Shown one piece after another: positions 1 through 12,654 of a DNA stretch of 64,000 nucleotides. The notes beneath the pieces were generated by a model. It had not been told where the DNA came from and made no database searches. It was given only the letters and a program-made list of their open reading frames with translations. Position numbers and translations under genes: made by a program. Every line of letters starts with the position of its first letter. Position 1 is the stretch's first letter. This DNA is from Mobula hypostoma (lineage: Eukaryota), in contig NC_086101.1 of the NCBI RefSeq assembly GCF_963921235.1, positions 20,956,001 to 21,020,000 on the forward strand, written 5' to 3'.

Positions 1-224
1 TTCCTTTTATGTTTTCTACTCTGTAACTGGACAAACGCGCACCGAGTATATCGTTTCCTCTTCGCTTGTTTTCCAGTGTCCTGCGCATGCCCAGTAGGAG
101 GAGATTCGCCAAAACCGTTCTAATGTAGGCAGAGATATTTTGAAAAACGCTTAGTGTGTATGCCTATCGTTTTTACTCGAAACCGGCGTTTTCAAAATTA
201 TCCGGCGGAGTGTGGACGTAACCT
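1..224. mobile_element. Right end of a PIF/Harbinger-like non-autonomous DNA element (MITE), cut by the window edge
   Basis: Ends in AGTGTGGACGTAACCT, resembling Harbinger-type TIRs. The interior is CpG-rich with gaaaaacgc/gcgttttcaaaa motifs. The left TIR lies outside the window. Confidence 0.5.
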
Positions 225-405
225 CAGACAAAATGCTGGAAGAGCTTAACGACTCAGCAATATTTATGGAGGGAAATGCACAGTTGACGTTTCAGGTCGA
301 GGCGCTTCATCTGTCCATTCTCCTCCATATATGCTGCCTTACACACTGAGTTCCTCAAGCACTTTATGTGTTCATCCATATTCAAGCATCTGCAGTCTCT
401 TGTCT
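225..405. repeat. Short foldback repeat derived from Penelope termini; related copies near 12010-12150, 24620-24770, 47250-47390, 51890-52015, 62190-62450
   Basis: Arms of the type aaatgctgga(g)gaactcagca ... tgctgagttcctccagca in inverted orientation, recurring across the window. Confidence 0.55.
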
Positions 406-1744
406 CAAAATACAAAGTCCAGACACCCACAAATATATTAGGAAAATGCAAGATTCTGAAAGAAGAGCAGTAATTACAGAGGATCTCACCATAACAGGGT
501 AATTATATGGGGAGAGAAATTCCTCGCAGGTAATCATGGAAATCGTTTCTAAGCAAGTTGCAAGCCTACTTGAAGGAGCAAGAATTATGACAAATTAAGT
601 AAGGTGTGAGAAAAATTGGGACTCCTTTTCTGTGGTGGACACAATTCTGGTGATCATATGTGAGGTGCTCTTTATTGCTACTTGATGTGGGTCTGGCCCC
701 GACCCTGCTCCTCCGCTGTGTCAGGCACCAGATTCTGAGACTGGGTGTCCAATGGGTTACGTGCACAAATCAAAGCCAGACAACTGGAGATGGGTGGAGA
801 GAATGGGGAGGTACCCGATATTGCCTCAAAATGTCTGCACAGTCTGCAAGTTATCTTGACTAGGTGAAAAGGGTGGAAGTGGGGAGCATTGTGGAAGCTG
901 CAATCTTAATTCTTTTGAGGTTATCATAACAATGAGAAAAAACAATGAAGACATATAATTCAAGGTTCAAAATTTAGGATAAGTCTGATTTTACCTGGAC
1001 AGGAACTGATGTTAGATTCAAAACAGAACAGCTGGAGGGAAAATTTTAATTTGACAGTAGAGCAGTGTATTGCATGGTTAAGGTTAACCTTGTGTTTAAT
1101 TAGACAAGTTCAGGAGTGTTCCAGTGGATCAGAGCACTGCTGTACCTCAGAAGGGGGAGTCAGCTCTTCTGACACACAATATACTGTAACTAAAGTAAGA
1201 GCAGAAATTAAGAGGTTGAACTGAAATTCGTTGCAGACAACTGTTTGTAAAGGAAAACTTGTTACAGATTGGCTCAAGAAATCACAGAACTGACTACAGA
1301 CAATGCAATACAATGCAGTAATCTAGTTTAAACCCTCCAGTCTGGAACAGACATTGTCGACTCTTTATTTGTGTTTCAATTTTAGAAACTTCTGCAGGTT
1401 TCTCCTTATCTGGGTGGTTCTCATTCCTGTGGCTTGGCTGAGGACAGCAACAACAGGAAGTACGAGTGTAATCAGAAGCAGAATCAGCTTTAATGTCACT
1501 GGAATATGTCATACAATTTGTTGTTTTGTGGCAGCAGTACATTGCAATACATAATCACTTAAAGTGATAAATTACAATAAAAACTATAAACAAATAAGTA
1601 AGTAGTGCAAAAGAGAGTAAAGTCAAGAAAGAAAAAAAGTGAGGTAGTGTACAGGGGTTTATTGTCCATGTTGGAGGAGAAGAAGCTGTTCTGAAACATT
1701 GAGTTTGTGTCTCCGTTCTCTTCTTGTATCTCCGTCTGGTAACT

Positions 1745-2810
1745 TTCCCCTCCCCCTTCCCTCTTCTTGTAAATATTGATTTCTCCTTTCAGTATTTTTC
1801 CTTCCCCTTTTTTCTTCTTATATTCCCCACTCTGGCCTCTTATCACTTCTCCTACTCTGCCTATCATCTCTCCTGGTGTGCCTCCTTCTTCCCTTCTCCC
1901 ATGGTCCTCTCTCTTTTCCTACCAGAATCCTTTTTCTCCAACCATCTTCCTTTCCAACCCACTTGACCACCCATCACCTTCTAGCTGGTCCTCCTTTACC
2001 TCGACCATCTTTCATTCTGATGTCTTCTCCCTTGCTTTCCAGTCCCAAAGAAGGATCTCATCCTGAAATATTGACTCTATATTCATTTCCATAAATGCTG
2101 CATCTCCATGCAAGAGAGAAATACTACATCTGTCCATTCACCTCCTCCCTTACCTCCATTCAGGGCCACGAACAGTCCTTCTGGTGAGGCGACACCTCAT
2201 TTGTGAATCCGTTGGGTTCATCTATTGTATCTGGTTCTCCAAATGTGGCGTCCCCTACGCTGGTAAGACCCAATGTAAATTGGGGGACAGATTTGTTGAA
2301 CACCTGTACTCCATTTGCCAAAAGCAGGATTTCCTGATTGCCAACGATTTGATTTTTATCCCCATTCCCATTCTGACATGTTGGTGCATGGCCTAATCTT
2401 TTGCCACGATGAGGCCACTTTTAGGGTGGAGGAACAACACCTCATATTCCATCCAGGAAGCTTCCAACGGCATGAAGACCAATTTCTGTTTCCAGTAAAA
2501 TTTTCCCTCCCCCTTCTCTCTTCTTCTATTCCCCACTCTCATCTCTCAACTCTTCTCTTCACTGCACCCACCCTGGTACCCCCTCTTCTTCTCTTTTTCC
2601 TATGCTCCACTGTCTTTTCCTATCAGATTCCTTCTTCTCCAGTCCTTTACCTTTGCCATCTACCTTCGCATATCACCTTCTAGATAGTCCTCCTTAATTT
2701 CTCCCCCATCTTTTTATTCTGGTGCATTCCCCATTCCTTTCCAGTCCTGGAGAAGTGTGTCAGCCCACTGATGCTACCTGACTGGCAGAGTTCCTCCAGC
2801 ACTTTGTATG
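1745..2810 (+). mobile_element. Penelope-like element 3' remnant with a degenerate GIY-YIG endonuclease
   Basis: ORF 2184-2396 reads FIYCIWFSKCGVPYAGKTQCKLGDRFVEHL, matching the PLE VIYCI.C..C...YIGET.R.LG.RF.EH pattern. It is flanked by pyrimidine-rich PLE terminal repeats. Confidence 0.8.
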
Positions 2811-4724
2811 TGTTGCCCTTGTACCTCTTCCTTGTTGGTAGAGATGAGAAGAGGGAGTGTCCTGGTGATGGGGGTCGTTAAAGCTGCCTTCTTGATGTTC
2901 TTGATGGTGGGGAGGCTAGTGAGAAACATCCATCTTTGTTTCAGTATGTGTCCGTAGGGACAGCCTATAAAACAAGTTCCTTGTTCGGTGATGGATTGGG
3001 ATGAACCTCAGCCAAGACCACTTCATCTCTTTATATCCCATAGATCTGTGGGGGCATAGTGAGGCTGAAATTGGAAGGTGAATTTGGCAATCATGGTCAG
3101 ATTAGGTGGAAAGTAAATTTACCAGAATCATTAACAATGTTCCTCACTGCACAGATACTTCTTATATGTGAGCATTTGCTGCATCTTTTGTGTTTACTGT
3201 TTTCTACCTTGTTGTTTGATTCCTTAACATTGTCATAGCTGGAGGAGGTAGCGGGCATAAGCTCCCACTATTAAATGTTCCCAATGACGTGCACCTCAAA
3301 CAGCCTCTGACAACCATGTCTAACTCCTGACCTTCATGTGTGGCTTAGCTACTAAGCCCAGCAGAACCAGATCTACTGACAGGAGAAGGGGCAGGTGGGT
3401 TGCTGGCAACTTAAAACCAGTCGCTTTGGGCCAATGGGTTTCGTCAGCCTTTGCTGGCAGCTTATCGAGGAGCAGGAAAACTCTGATCTCAAACCTCTGC
3501 TACACCCACTCATGTGGAACCCTAAAACTTTGTTGAGTTAGACCATAAGACCATAAGGCACAGGAGCAGAATTAGGCCATTTGGCCCATCAAGTCTACTC
3601 CACCATTCAATCATGGCTGATCCTTTTTCTCTCTCTTCCTCATCCCAATTTCCCGGCCTTCTCCCCATAACCTTTGATGCCATGTCCAACCAAGAACCTA
3701 TCAATCTCTGTCTTAAGTACACTCAATGACCTGGCCTCCACAGTTACATGTGGAAACAAATTCCACAAATTCACTACACTCTGGCTAAAGAAATTTCTCT
3801 GCATCTCTGTTTTGAATGGTCATCCCTCCATCCTGAGGCTGTGCTATCTTGTCCGAGACTCTTCCACGATGGGAAACATCCTTTCCACATCTGCTCTGTC
3901 TAGGCCTTTAAACATCCTCCCCGCCCCCCCACCACCACCCCAATCCTTCTAAATTCCAGCGCGTATAGACCCAAAGCCATCAAACATTCTTCATATGATA
4001 ACCCTTTCATTCCTGGAATCTTGTGAACCTCCTCTGTCCCCCTTCCAATGCCAACACATTTCTTCTAAGATGAGGGGCCCAAAACTGTTCACAATACTGA
4101 AGGTGAAGCCTCACCATTCCCTTATAAAGCCTCAGCATCACAACCTTGCTCTTGTATTTCAGACCTCTTAAAATGAACGCTAACATGGCATTTGCCTTCC
4201 TCACCACCGACTCAACCTATAAGTTAACCTTTAGAGTATTCTGCACAAAGACTCTCAAGTCCCTTCGCATCTCTGATTTTTGGATTTTCTCCACATTTAG
4301 AAAATAGTCCGCACATTTATTTCTACCACCAAAATGCATGACCATGCATTTTCCAACATTATATTTCATTTGCCATTTTCTTGTCCATTCTCCTAATCTG
4401 TCTAAGACATTCTGCATCCTACCTGTTTCCTCAACACTACCTGCCCCTCCACCAATCTTCGTATCATCTGCAAACATGGCAACAAAGCCATCTATTTCAT
4501 CATCTAAACCATTTATGTACAGCATTAAAAGAATTAGTCTGAACACTGACCCCTGCAGAACACCACTAATTACTGGCAGCCAACCAGACAAGGATCCTTT
4601 TATTCCCAATCTCTGCCTTCTTCCAAACTGTTAATGCTCTAACCATGTTAGTAACCTTACTGTAATACCATGGGCTCTTAACTTGGTAAGCAGCTTCCTG
4701 TGTGACGCTTTGTCAAAGACTTTC

Positions 4725-6077
4725 TGTCATGGTCCAGTCCGTGAAGTCCGTGTTCTGGTTCACGGTCTGGTCCGTGGAGTCCGGACTCCAGGTCTTCCGG
4801 CTGTCCCTTGTTTCAGTTGGGCTTAATCATAGACACCTAATGAATGCCTTGGGGCTGGGAATATAAGTGGCCAAGGGTTCACGTGTGGTTGCTGGTTGTC
4901 TCGTCAGTATCCTGTCCTTGCCTCTGTTGGGTAAGCCAGGCCATCTTTGCCATTACCCTGAGGCTGGACTGTTCCCTTCCCTTCCCCTTCCTTCTGGAGC
5001 CTTGCCTGCAGCCTTGTCAAGTTCAACCACCAGAGTTAGACCGGAACCTTACTGTATCAAGATAAGGAACTGTCTATCGTTGAGTTGGAACTGTCTCTGT
5101 GTCCACGCCTTCGCTAGGTAGGTCTGGCCTTTTGCCGCTACCTAGTGTTGGGAACTGTCTCTGTGTCCACACCCTCGCTAGGTAGGTCTGGCTGTTTGCT
5201 GCTACCTAGTGTTGAGAATAACGTCTCGTCATGCTCAGCCATCTGCGTAGAGCCCCGACCCGAAGTCCTGTTCCCAAGGAGGGGTCCTGTCTCTGTGTTC
5301 CTGTCTCTCAAGCCCAAGGCTCCATGTTCCCATGCTCCAGAGCAAGGCTCAGTGCTCCTGTCCTCCGCAAGACCAAAGCTCTGTGTTCTGCGTTCCTGTC
5401 ATCCCAAGTCCAAAGTTCTAAGGTTCCTGTCATCCCAAGTCCAAAGTTCCAAGGTTCCGTTCATCCCAAGTCCAAGGCTTGGCTGTTCCTGAGTACGAAG
5501 TCAAGGCTTCCTGTTCTTGTCCTGTCCATGAGCCTCATCCTGTCCATGTCCCTCATCCGGTCCTGGAGTTCCCTTGCCCTGTCCTGGAGTTCCCTCATCC
5601 TGTCCTGGAGTAGCTCGTTCTGCCCTGTAGCCTCGCCTATTCCTGTCTCCCAAGACCACGTCATGCCTTCGCCTAGTTCCAGAGTCCGAACCCAAGCCTC
5701 AAGGAACCCAAGCCTCGAGGAACCCAAGCCTCGAGGAACCCAAGCCACGAAGAACCCAAGCCTTGAGGAACACAACCCATGTCCAGTCCTGTAGCCATGC
5801 CATGTCCTCGCCTAGTTCGGGGGTCTGAGCCCAAGTCAAGACCCAGATTCTGGGTCCTTGTCCAGTCTCTGGCTCGGAGTCCAAGCCCAGGCTCCTAATT
5901 CCCAGTTCCTTGTCCTGATCCCGCTTGCCTCGCCAATATCCTAGTCCAAGTCTGTGTTCTTGTCCCAGCTCCTGGTCTGCATCCAATCACAACCCTACTC
6001 TTGTCCTAGTTCTGTCCCTAGTACTTCAGTGTCTGTGTCTTGCATTTGGGTCCGCCATCAACGCCCACCTTATGACA
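4725..6077. mobile_element. Solo LTR of 1353 bp, probably Ty3/Gypsy-type, with internal tandem repeats
   Basis: Termini TGTCAT...ATGACA. Perfect 5-bp TSD CTTTC at 4720-4724 and 6078-6082. The CR1 RT sequence resumes across the insertion. TATA-like AATATAAG near 4860. Confidence 0.9.
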
Positions 6078-6747
6078 CTTTCTGAAAGTCCAAATATACA
6101 ACATCCACTGCATCCCCTTTATCTATCCCACTTGTAGTGCCCTCAAAGAATTCCAATATGTTCTTCAGGCAGAATTTTCCCTGAAGGAAACCATGTTGAC
6201 TTTGTCGTATCTTGTCCTGTGTCACCAAGCACTCCATCACCTCATCCTTAGCAATTGACTCAAACATCTTTCCAACCACTGAGGTCAGGCTAAATGGTCT
6301 ATAATTTCCTTTCTGCTGCCCTCCTCCTTTCTTAAAGAATTGAGTTACATCTGCAATTTTTCAGTCCTCTGGCACCATGCCAGAGTCCAATAATTTTTGA
6401 AAGATCATTACTAATGACTCCACAGCCTCTACCGCTAACTCTTTCAGAACAGTGGGTTGCAGTCCCTCTGGTTCAGGTGACTAATGTACCTTTAGGTCTT
6501 TCAGCTTTCTGAGCACCTTCTCCCTTGTAATAGTAACTGCACCCACTTCTCTTCCTTGACCCATTAGCACACTGCTGATGTCTTCCAGAGTGAAGACTGA
6601 TGCAAAATACTCATTTAGTTCATTTGCCATCTGCTAGTCCCCCCTTATTATTTCTCCTGCCTCATTTTCTTGCTGTCCTTTATCCACTCTCAGCTCTTTT
6701 TTTACATACTTGAAAAAAAACATTTACTATCCATTTTGATATTATTT

Positions 6748-7698
6748 AGAAACATAGAAACATAGAAAATCTACAGCACAATACAAGCCCTTCGGCCCAC
6801 AAAGTTGTGCCGAACATGTCCCTACCTTAGAAATTACTAGGCGTACCTATAGCTCTCTATTTCACTAAGCTCTATGTACCTATCTAAATGTCTCTTAAAA
6901 GACCCTATCGTATCTACCTCCACCACCGTTGCCGGCAGCCCATTCCATGCACTGACCACTCTTTGAGTATAAATAATTACCCCTGACATCTCCTCTGTAC
7001 TTACACCCCAGCACCTTTAACCTGTGTCCTCTTGTGGCAACAATCTCAGCCCTGGGAAAAAATCTCTGACTGTCCACATGATCAATGCCTCTCGTCATCA
7101 TATACACCACTATCAGGTCACCTCTCATCCTCCGTCGCTCCAAGGCTGAGTTCACTCAACCTATTCTCATAAGGCATGCTCCCCAATCCAGGCAACATCC
7201 TTGTAAATATCCTCTGCACCCTTTCTATGGCTTGCATATCCTTCCTGTAGTGAGGTGACCAGAACTGAGCACAGTACACCAAGTGGGGTGTGACCAGGGT
7301 CCTATATAGCTGCAACTTTACCTCTCAGCTCCTAATTCAATTCCATGATTGATGAAGGCCAATACACCGTACGCCTTCTTAACCACAGAGTCATCCTGCA
7401 CAGCTGCTTTGAGTGTCCCATGGCTCGGACCCCAAGATTCCTCTAATCCTCCACACTGCCAAGAGCCTTACCATTAATACTATATTCTGCCATCATATTT
7501 GACCTACCAAAATGAACCATTTCATATCTATCTGGGTTGAACTCCATCTGCCACTTCTCAGCCCAGTTTTGCATCCTATAAATGTCCTGCCGTAACCTCT
7601 GACAGCCCTCCACACTATCTATAACACCTCCAACCTTTGTGTCATCAGCAAACTTACTAACCCATCCCTCCACTACCTCATCCAGGCCATTTATAAAA
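6748..7698 (-). mobile_element. 5'-truncated CR1 of a second family, nested in the older CR1
   Basis: agaaacatagaaacatagaaaa tail at 6748. RT C-terminal fragments 6895-7724 (SKFADDTKVGG). The host CR1 resumes near 7699. Confidence 0.85.
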
Positions 7699-9122
7699 CT
7701 TGCTAGCTTGCTTTCATATTTCATCCTTTCCTTTCTAATGATTCTATTAGTTGCTCTCTGTAGGCTTTTATGAACTTCCCAATCATCTATCTTCCCACTA
7801 ATTTTTACTTTGTTGTATGCCCTGTCTGTTTTTTTTTTACATTAGCTTTGACTTCCCTTGCCAGCCACAGTTGGACAATTTTGCCATTTGAGTTTTTCTT
7901 CATTTTTGGAAACCTCATGTTCTGCACCTTCCTAATTATTATCAGAAATGCACGCCACTGCTGCTCTGCTGACATCCCTGCCAGCAGCACCTTCCAATTT
8001 AATTTAGCAAACTCCTCTCTCGTACCACTGTAATTTCCCTTACTCCATTGAAATACTGCTACGTCAGACTTTACTTTCTCCCTATCAAATTTCAAGTTGA
8101 ACTCAATCATAGTGTGATCACTGGTTCCTAAGGGTTATTTTACCTTGAGCTCCCTAATCAGCTCTGGTTTATTATATAACACCCAATCCAGTATAGCTGA
8201 TCCCCTAATAGGCTCAATGACAAACTGCTCTAAAAATGCATCTCTTAGGCATTCAGCAAACTCGCGCTCTTGACATCCATTACCAATCTGCTTTTTCCCA
8301 ATCGACTTGCATGTTAAAATCCTCTATGCCTATTACAACATTGCCCTTTTGACACAACTTTTCTATTTCCTTTCGTAATCTGTGGTCCACCTCCCAGCCA
8401 CCATTGAGAGACCTGTGTATAACTGCCATCATGGTCCTTTTACCCTTGCAGCTTCTTAACTCCAGCCACAAATATTCAACATCTTCCAATCCTATGTCAC
8501 ATCTTTCTACTGATTTGATGCCATTTTTTACCGGTAGAGTCACACTATCCTCTCTGTCTAACTTCTTATCCCTCCAATACAACATGTAACCTTGGACATT
8601 CAGCTCCTAACTACAACCATCCTTCAGACACGATTCAGTGATGGCCACAACATCATACTTGGCAATCTGTAATAGTGCAACAAGATCATCCACCTTATTT
8701 CTTAAACTCCGTGCATTAAGATACAACACTTTGAGTACAGTATTTGCTATCCTTTCTAATTCTATATCCATAATGATTTGATACTCAGTCTGTTGGCTGC
8801 AACTAAAGTCCCATCAGCTGCCTGCCCTTTCTGACAGTCTGACTGCACACTATCTTTACTTTTTTACCATCCATCCAATCCTGAGTCCCATAACTCCAGT
8901 TCCTACCTCCCCTCCCCCGCCAAATTAGTTTAAACCCTCCCCAACAGCTCTAACAACCCTGCCCGTGAGAATATTGGTCCCCCTCGGGTTCAGGAACTTT
9001 TGAACAGGTCATACCTCCCCCAGAAGAGATCCCAATAATCCCAGAATGTGATGCCCTGCCCCTGCTCCAGCTTTTCGATCATACATTTATCTGCAAAATC
9101 ATCCTGTTTACCAACCATGAAC

Positions 9123-9289
9123 ATTTTTAGCCTTGGTTTAATGATAAAAAATGAGCCATACAGTTCGCCAGAGTCGCCAATCTGCAGCTTCAATTGTTGC
9201 TTGGCAATAGTCCAGACTTGAAATATTTCTATTTCCACAGAGGCTGACTGATCTGCATCCACAAATAGTTCATCTGTCTGCTTGCCACA
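9123..9289 (-). repeat. Left copy of a ~166-bp inverted repeat pair (partner 11686-11851)
   Basis: The reverse complement aligns to 11686-11851 with about 6 differences by hand count. Confidence 0.9.
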
Positions 9290-9599
9290 GGGTGACGTGA
9301 GCAGATGCCGTGGATAAACAGAAATTTTGAAATACTGTAGGGAGGTAGCTTCAAGGTGGGAGGGGTTAGAAATTAAAGGAGTTGCATAAAGCATATTTTA
9401 TTTTCTTGCACATGAATTATAGGTGCTCGGAAAATACTGTTCAGGTCCGTCATGGAAGCCGATGTGATAGTAATGTTTAAAAGGCATTTAGAGAAGAAAT
9501 GATTGGGCAGGGAATAGATGATATGGATGATGTGCAGGAGCTGGAATTAATTTAACTTGACTTCATGTGTCGGCAAATGGCCTGATCGCCTGCCGTACT

Positions 9600-10030
9600 G
9601 TTCTGTGGATAAGATGAGACCGACATCCCTGTATTTGTCCCGGTTACTTTCAGTTAGCCATGGCAGACTGATAGCATCATTCAGCTGTCTGAGGCCAGAG
9701 CCCGACAATACAATGTTGCAAACTCTTACATAGAAGGGTATTAACAAGCAGATTAAGAAACATATTATAGGGTGACATCGAAGATATCCCTAGTGATTCC
9801 TGGCAGTCTCTGGCCCGTGATCATATAGTGTGAACGGGCATTCAAGGTGATATTACGAAACTTAAAGAACGAGCTTTCGTGCAAAAGAGCGCGCACTACT
9901 TCACGAAATACTATCAGCCCCATCGGTCCGTTCCTGTTCCGCCAGCGGACGAAAATGCATTTCCCACAATGGCATCATCGGTCCCTTCAGAGCACACAAA
10001 CCAGAGTTCGATGTTCAAGCAAACTTCCGG
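9600..10030 (+). mobile_element. Degenerate RTE-clade LINE 3' remnant
   Basis: Reads IPSDSWQSLARD and SGRKCISHNGIIGPFRAHK, resembling the RTE ORF C-terminus (W..LA.DR..W; C.R.C.S..GL..H.R.H) with stops. Confidence 0.55.
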
Positions 10031-10289
10031 AGAGTAAAAACATCAATTAAGTTGCAGAGAGAGTCGCGTGGAAAGAACAAAGGAATTATTTGCGATTGTA
10101 CACATGAAAAAGACTGAGAAACACAAATGATGTTGGTGCCGGCTGAACGAGGGTTGTGAAGTCTTGTCGATTCCAGTTAATGAGTTAACAGGATGAGAAG
10201 AGTTTGAAAAATTGTCCAGAATCCTGTTAGAAACGTCATTTGGCAGCTCCGCCACTGCGTGGCCTCTTTGAGAACAGCAGGCAAACAAC

Positions 10290-11315
10290 AATTTACAGAG
10301 ACAACGACGGCTCAGGCTGGCGCCTGGAAAAAAACCAACTGCTGCAAGAATTTAGCATGTCGAGCAGCATCCTTAAAGTCGACAGAAGATAGACATGAGA
10401 GCGAGGGATCAGACCGAGTTCTGTTGTAGATAGATGAAGCCGGGTGAGGGCAGGGAGATGGAAGCCTGATAATGGACGGACGAAGCAAGGAGGGAATAGC
10501 GAAAGGAATTTTAGGACGAAGACTGGAAAATAATAGGTGAAGGCATGAACAAGACAGCTGGGGGAAGGAGGTGGAGAGGAGTGGATTGGTGGAGACAAAG
10601 GCTGGGAAGGTGATAAGTGGAGCTAGGTGAAGGAGGGATGATGGGAATGAGAAAGTAGGTAAGCAGAGTATAGGAAAGGTGAAGCAAGGATAACTAAATA
10701 CGGGTAGATCTGTACGTAGGCGATGGGTTGATGGGACAGAGTGGAGGGATGATGAGGAGGAGAGAGGTAGAAAATCAGAAGAACAGGAGAGAGATAATCC
10801 CAGTGGACCAAGGAAGTGGGAAAGGAATACAGGGGAAGTGGGTTACTTAAAATTTGAAAATTCAACGTTCATCCCATTGGATAAAAGCTGAATATGTGGA
10901 GTCATTCTTCTAGTTTTGTGTTTGGCCTCAAGGTGGTAGTGAAGAAGGATGGAGATGAGAGTTCGGCGTGGGACTGAACAGGAAAGTTATAAAGTGCTGT
11001 GCATGCGAAATCTCAAGCTGATAGTGACGGAAAGTGTGCAGTCGCTCTGCAAAAGGGCGTCTTTGTCAATGTTTGGTTTCACCAGTGCAGAGGAGGCCAG
11101 ATTGCGAGCACCAAATTTAATTTACCATGATGGAGGATGTGGAAGTGAAGCTCTTCCTTACCTCGAAGGGCTGTTCAGGTGCCTAGATGATGATGGAGGA
11201 GGCGTATGGGCAAATGTTAAACCTCCCAGGGTTGCAGGGGAAGGGCCAAAATTGGGTGGGAAAGTACGAGTTGAACATTTGTTGAAGCGAATTTTGGAAA
11301 TCAGGAACATCCTTT
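10290..11315 (-). mobile_element. Penelope-like element remnant
   Basis: The minus strand holds the degenerate GIY-YIG region (FPCNPGRFNICPY...) and a purine/pyrimidine-skewed PLE tail. The + ORF 10949-11317 is its antisense shadow. Confidence 0.7.
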
Positions 11316-11354
11316 AAATGCATTGTAAATTAATTATAAAATTCCAGCTTGTAG

Positions 11355-11483
11355 CACAAAAACAAACAAATCGTCCCCTGTGGAAGCGAGCAGGAGGTCG
11401 ACCAGAACACGACAGTGACACTTCTGTTGGAGTCGATACACAGGATAAAACTGCCATACCAAACGTGGAACTGAATTCTGGAA
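11355..11483 (+). CDS. Candidate symmetric phase 1-1 exon of an unidentified gene (AQKQTNRPLWKR...VELNSG)
   Basis: Acceptor ttccagcttgtag, strong donor GAA|gtaagc, 129 nt. Only the phase 1-1 frame is open throughout. No homology recognised. Confidence 0.3.
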
Positions 11484-11685
11484 GTAAGCCAAACTCAAAA
11501 CCATCCTGGCAATCACACCCACTTTCTCCCTAGCTGTCTGCACTAGCTTTCCAGGGACTCTCTGTGTATCTGCTCTGGCTCCAGATTCAGGCGCATGTCG
11601 AAACTTCCTTCATCAGGCTTCTGCAATAAAGCAGGTACAGAGGAGATGTCAGCGGTAAGTTTTTTTGCACAGAGAGTGGTGAGTG

Positions 11686-11851
11686 TGTGGCAAGCAGACA
11701 GATGAAGTATTTGTGGATGCAGATCAGGCAGCCTCTGTGGAAAGAGAAATATTTCAAGTCTGGACTATTGCCAAGCAACATTTGAAGCTGCAGATTGGCG
11801 ACTCTGGCGAACTGTATGGCTCATTTTTAACATTAAACCAAGGCTAAAAAT
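11686..11851 (+). repeat. Right copy of the ~166-bp inverted repeat pair
   Basis: Direct reverse-complement match to 9123-9289. Confidence 0.9.
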
Positions 11852-12284
11852 TTGAGCTGGTGAAGTCCACCCCCCACTGAAAATCTTTGCCCAGATGTCT
11901 GGGAGTCCCTTTGCTCACTTTGGGATTCACTTCATCACACGAATAACTTGCGCTGATCATAATTCACCGTGCGCAAAATTTAAGAGCGTAGGCCTTCGCA
12001 AACCAGATGTACACACGCAAGATATGGAAGGAACTCGGTAGGTAAGGAAACATCTCCGGAAAGGGGTAAATGACTGATGAAGAATCACGGCCGGAAATGT
12101 CAACCAGAGATTCTGCCTGAAACTGCTGAGTTCCTCTGGCATTTTGTGTGTGTTACCCTGGATTTCCAGAAGGGAGTGAAAGGTGTATAAGATGATGAGA
12201 GGCATTGATCGTGTGGATAGTCAGAGGCTTTTTTCCAGGGCTGAAATGGCTAACATGAGAGGGCACAGTTTGAAGGCAGTGTTT

Positions 12285-12651
12285 CAGAAAGGCAGTATCC
12301 ATTACTAGGGACCTCAAGCACCCAGGGCATGCCCTTTTCTCACTGTTACCATCAGGAAGGAGGTACAGAAGCCTCAAGGCACACACTCAGCGATTCAGGA
12401 ACAGCTTCTTCTCCTCTGCCATCTGACTCTTAATTGGACATTGAACCCGTGAACACTATCCCAATTTAAAAATATATATTATTTCTGTTTTTGCATATTT
12501 TTTCATCTATTTAATATATGCATATTGTAATGATTTACTTATTATAATTTTATTTTTTTCTTCTTCTATATTATGTATTGCATTGAGCTGCTGCTGCTAA
12601 GTTAACAAATTTCACGACACACACCGGTGATAATAAACCTGATTCTGATTC
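12285..12651 (+). mobile_element. Rex1/Babar-like LINE 3' end
   Basis: LPSGRRYRSL...RFRNSFFPSA-type terminus, AT-rich 3' UTR, and aataaacctgattctgattctg tail. Confidence 0.7.
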
Positions 12652-12654
12652 TGT

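Larger units (their letters stand above)
3538..9115 (-). mobile_element. Degenerate CR1 LINE (3' tail, RT, APE, end of ORF1), interrupted by two nested insertions
   Basis: gaccataagaccataa tail at 3538. RT fragments 4007-4609 (MFADDTKIGG) and 6070-6279 (VYLDFQK), APE fragments 7805-8585, SGNH ORF1 end (DYWDLFWGRYDLFK) near 9000-9100. Confidence 0.88.

Noticed and set aside
5231-5986. Ser/Pro-rich or QDR-repeat ORFs; arrays as CRISPR-like
   Set aside because: They are translations of tandem repeats inside the solo LTR. There are no unique spacers and the context is eukaryotic.
11760-11810. MHC-type X/Y box module (ccaagcaac ... gattggc)
   Set aside because: The X-to-Y spacing is about 6 nt rather than about 20 nt, and no MHC exons are present.
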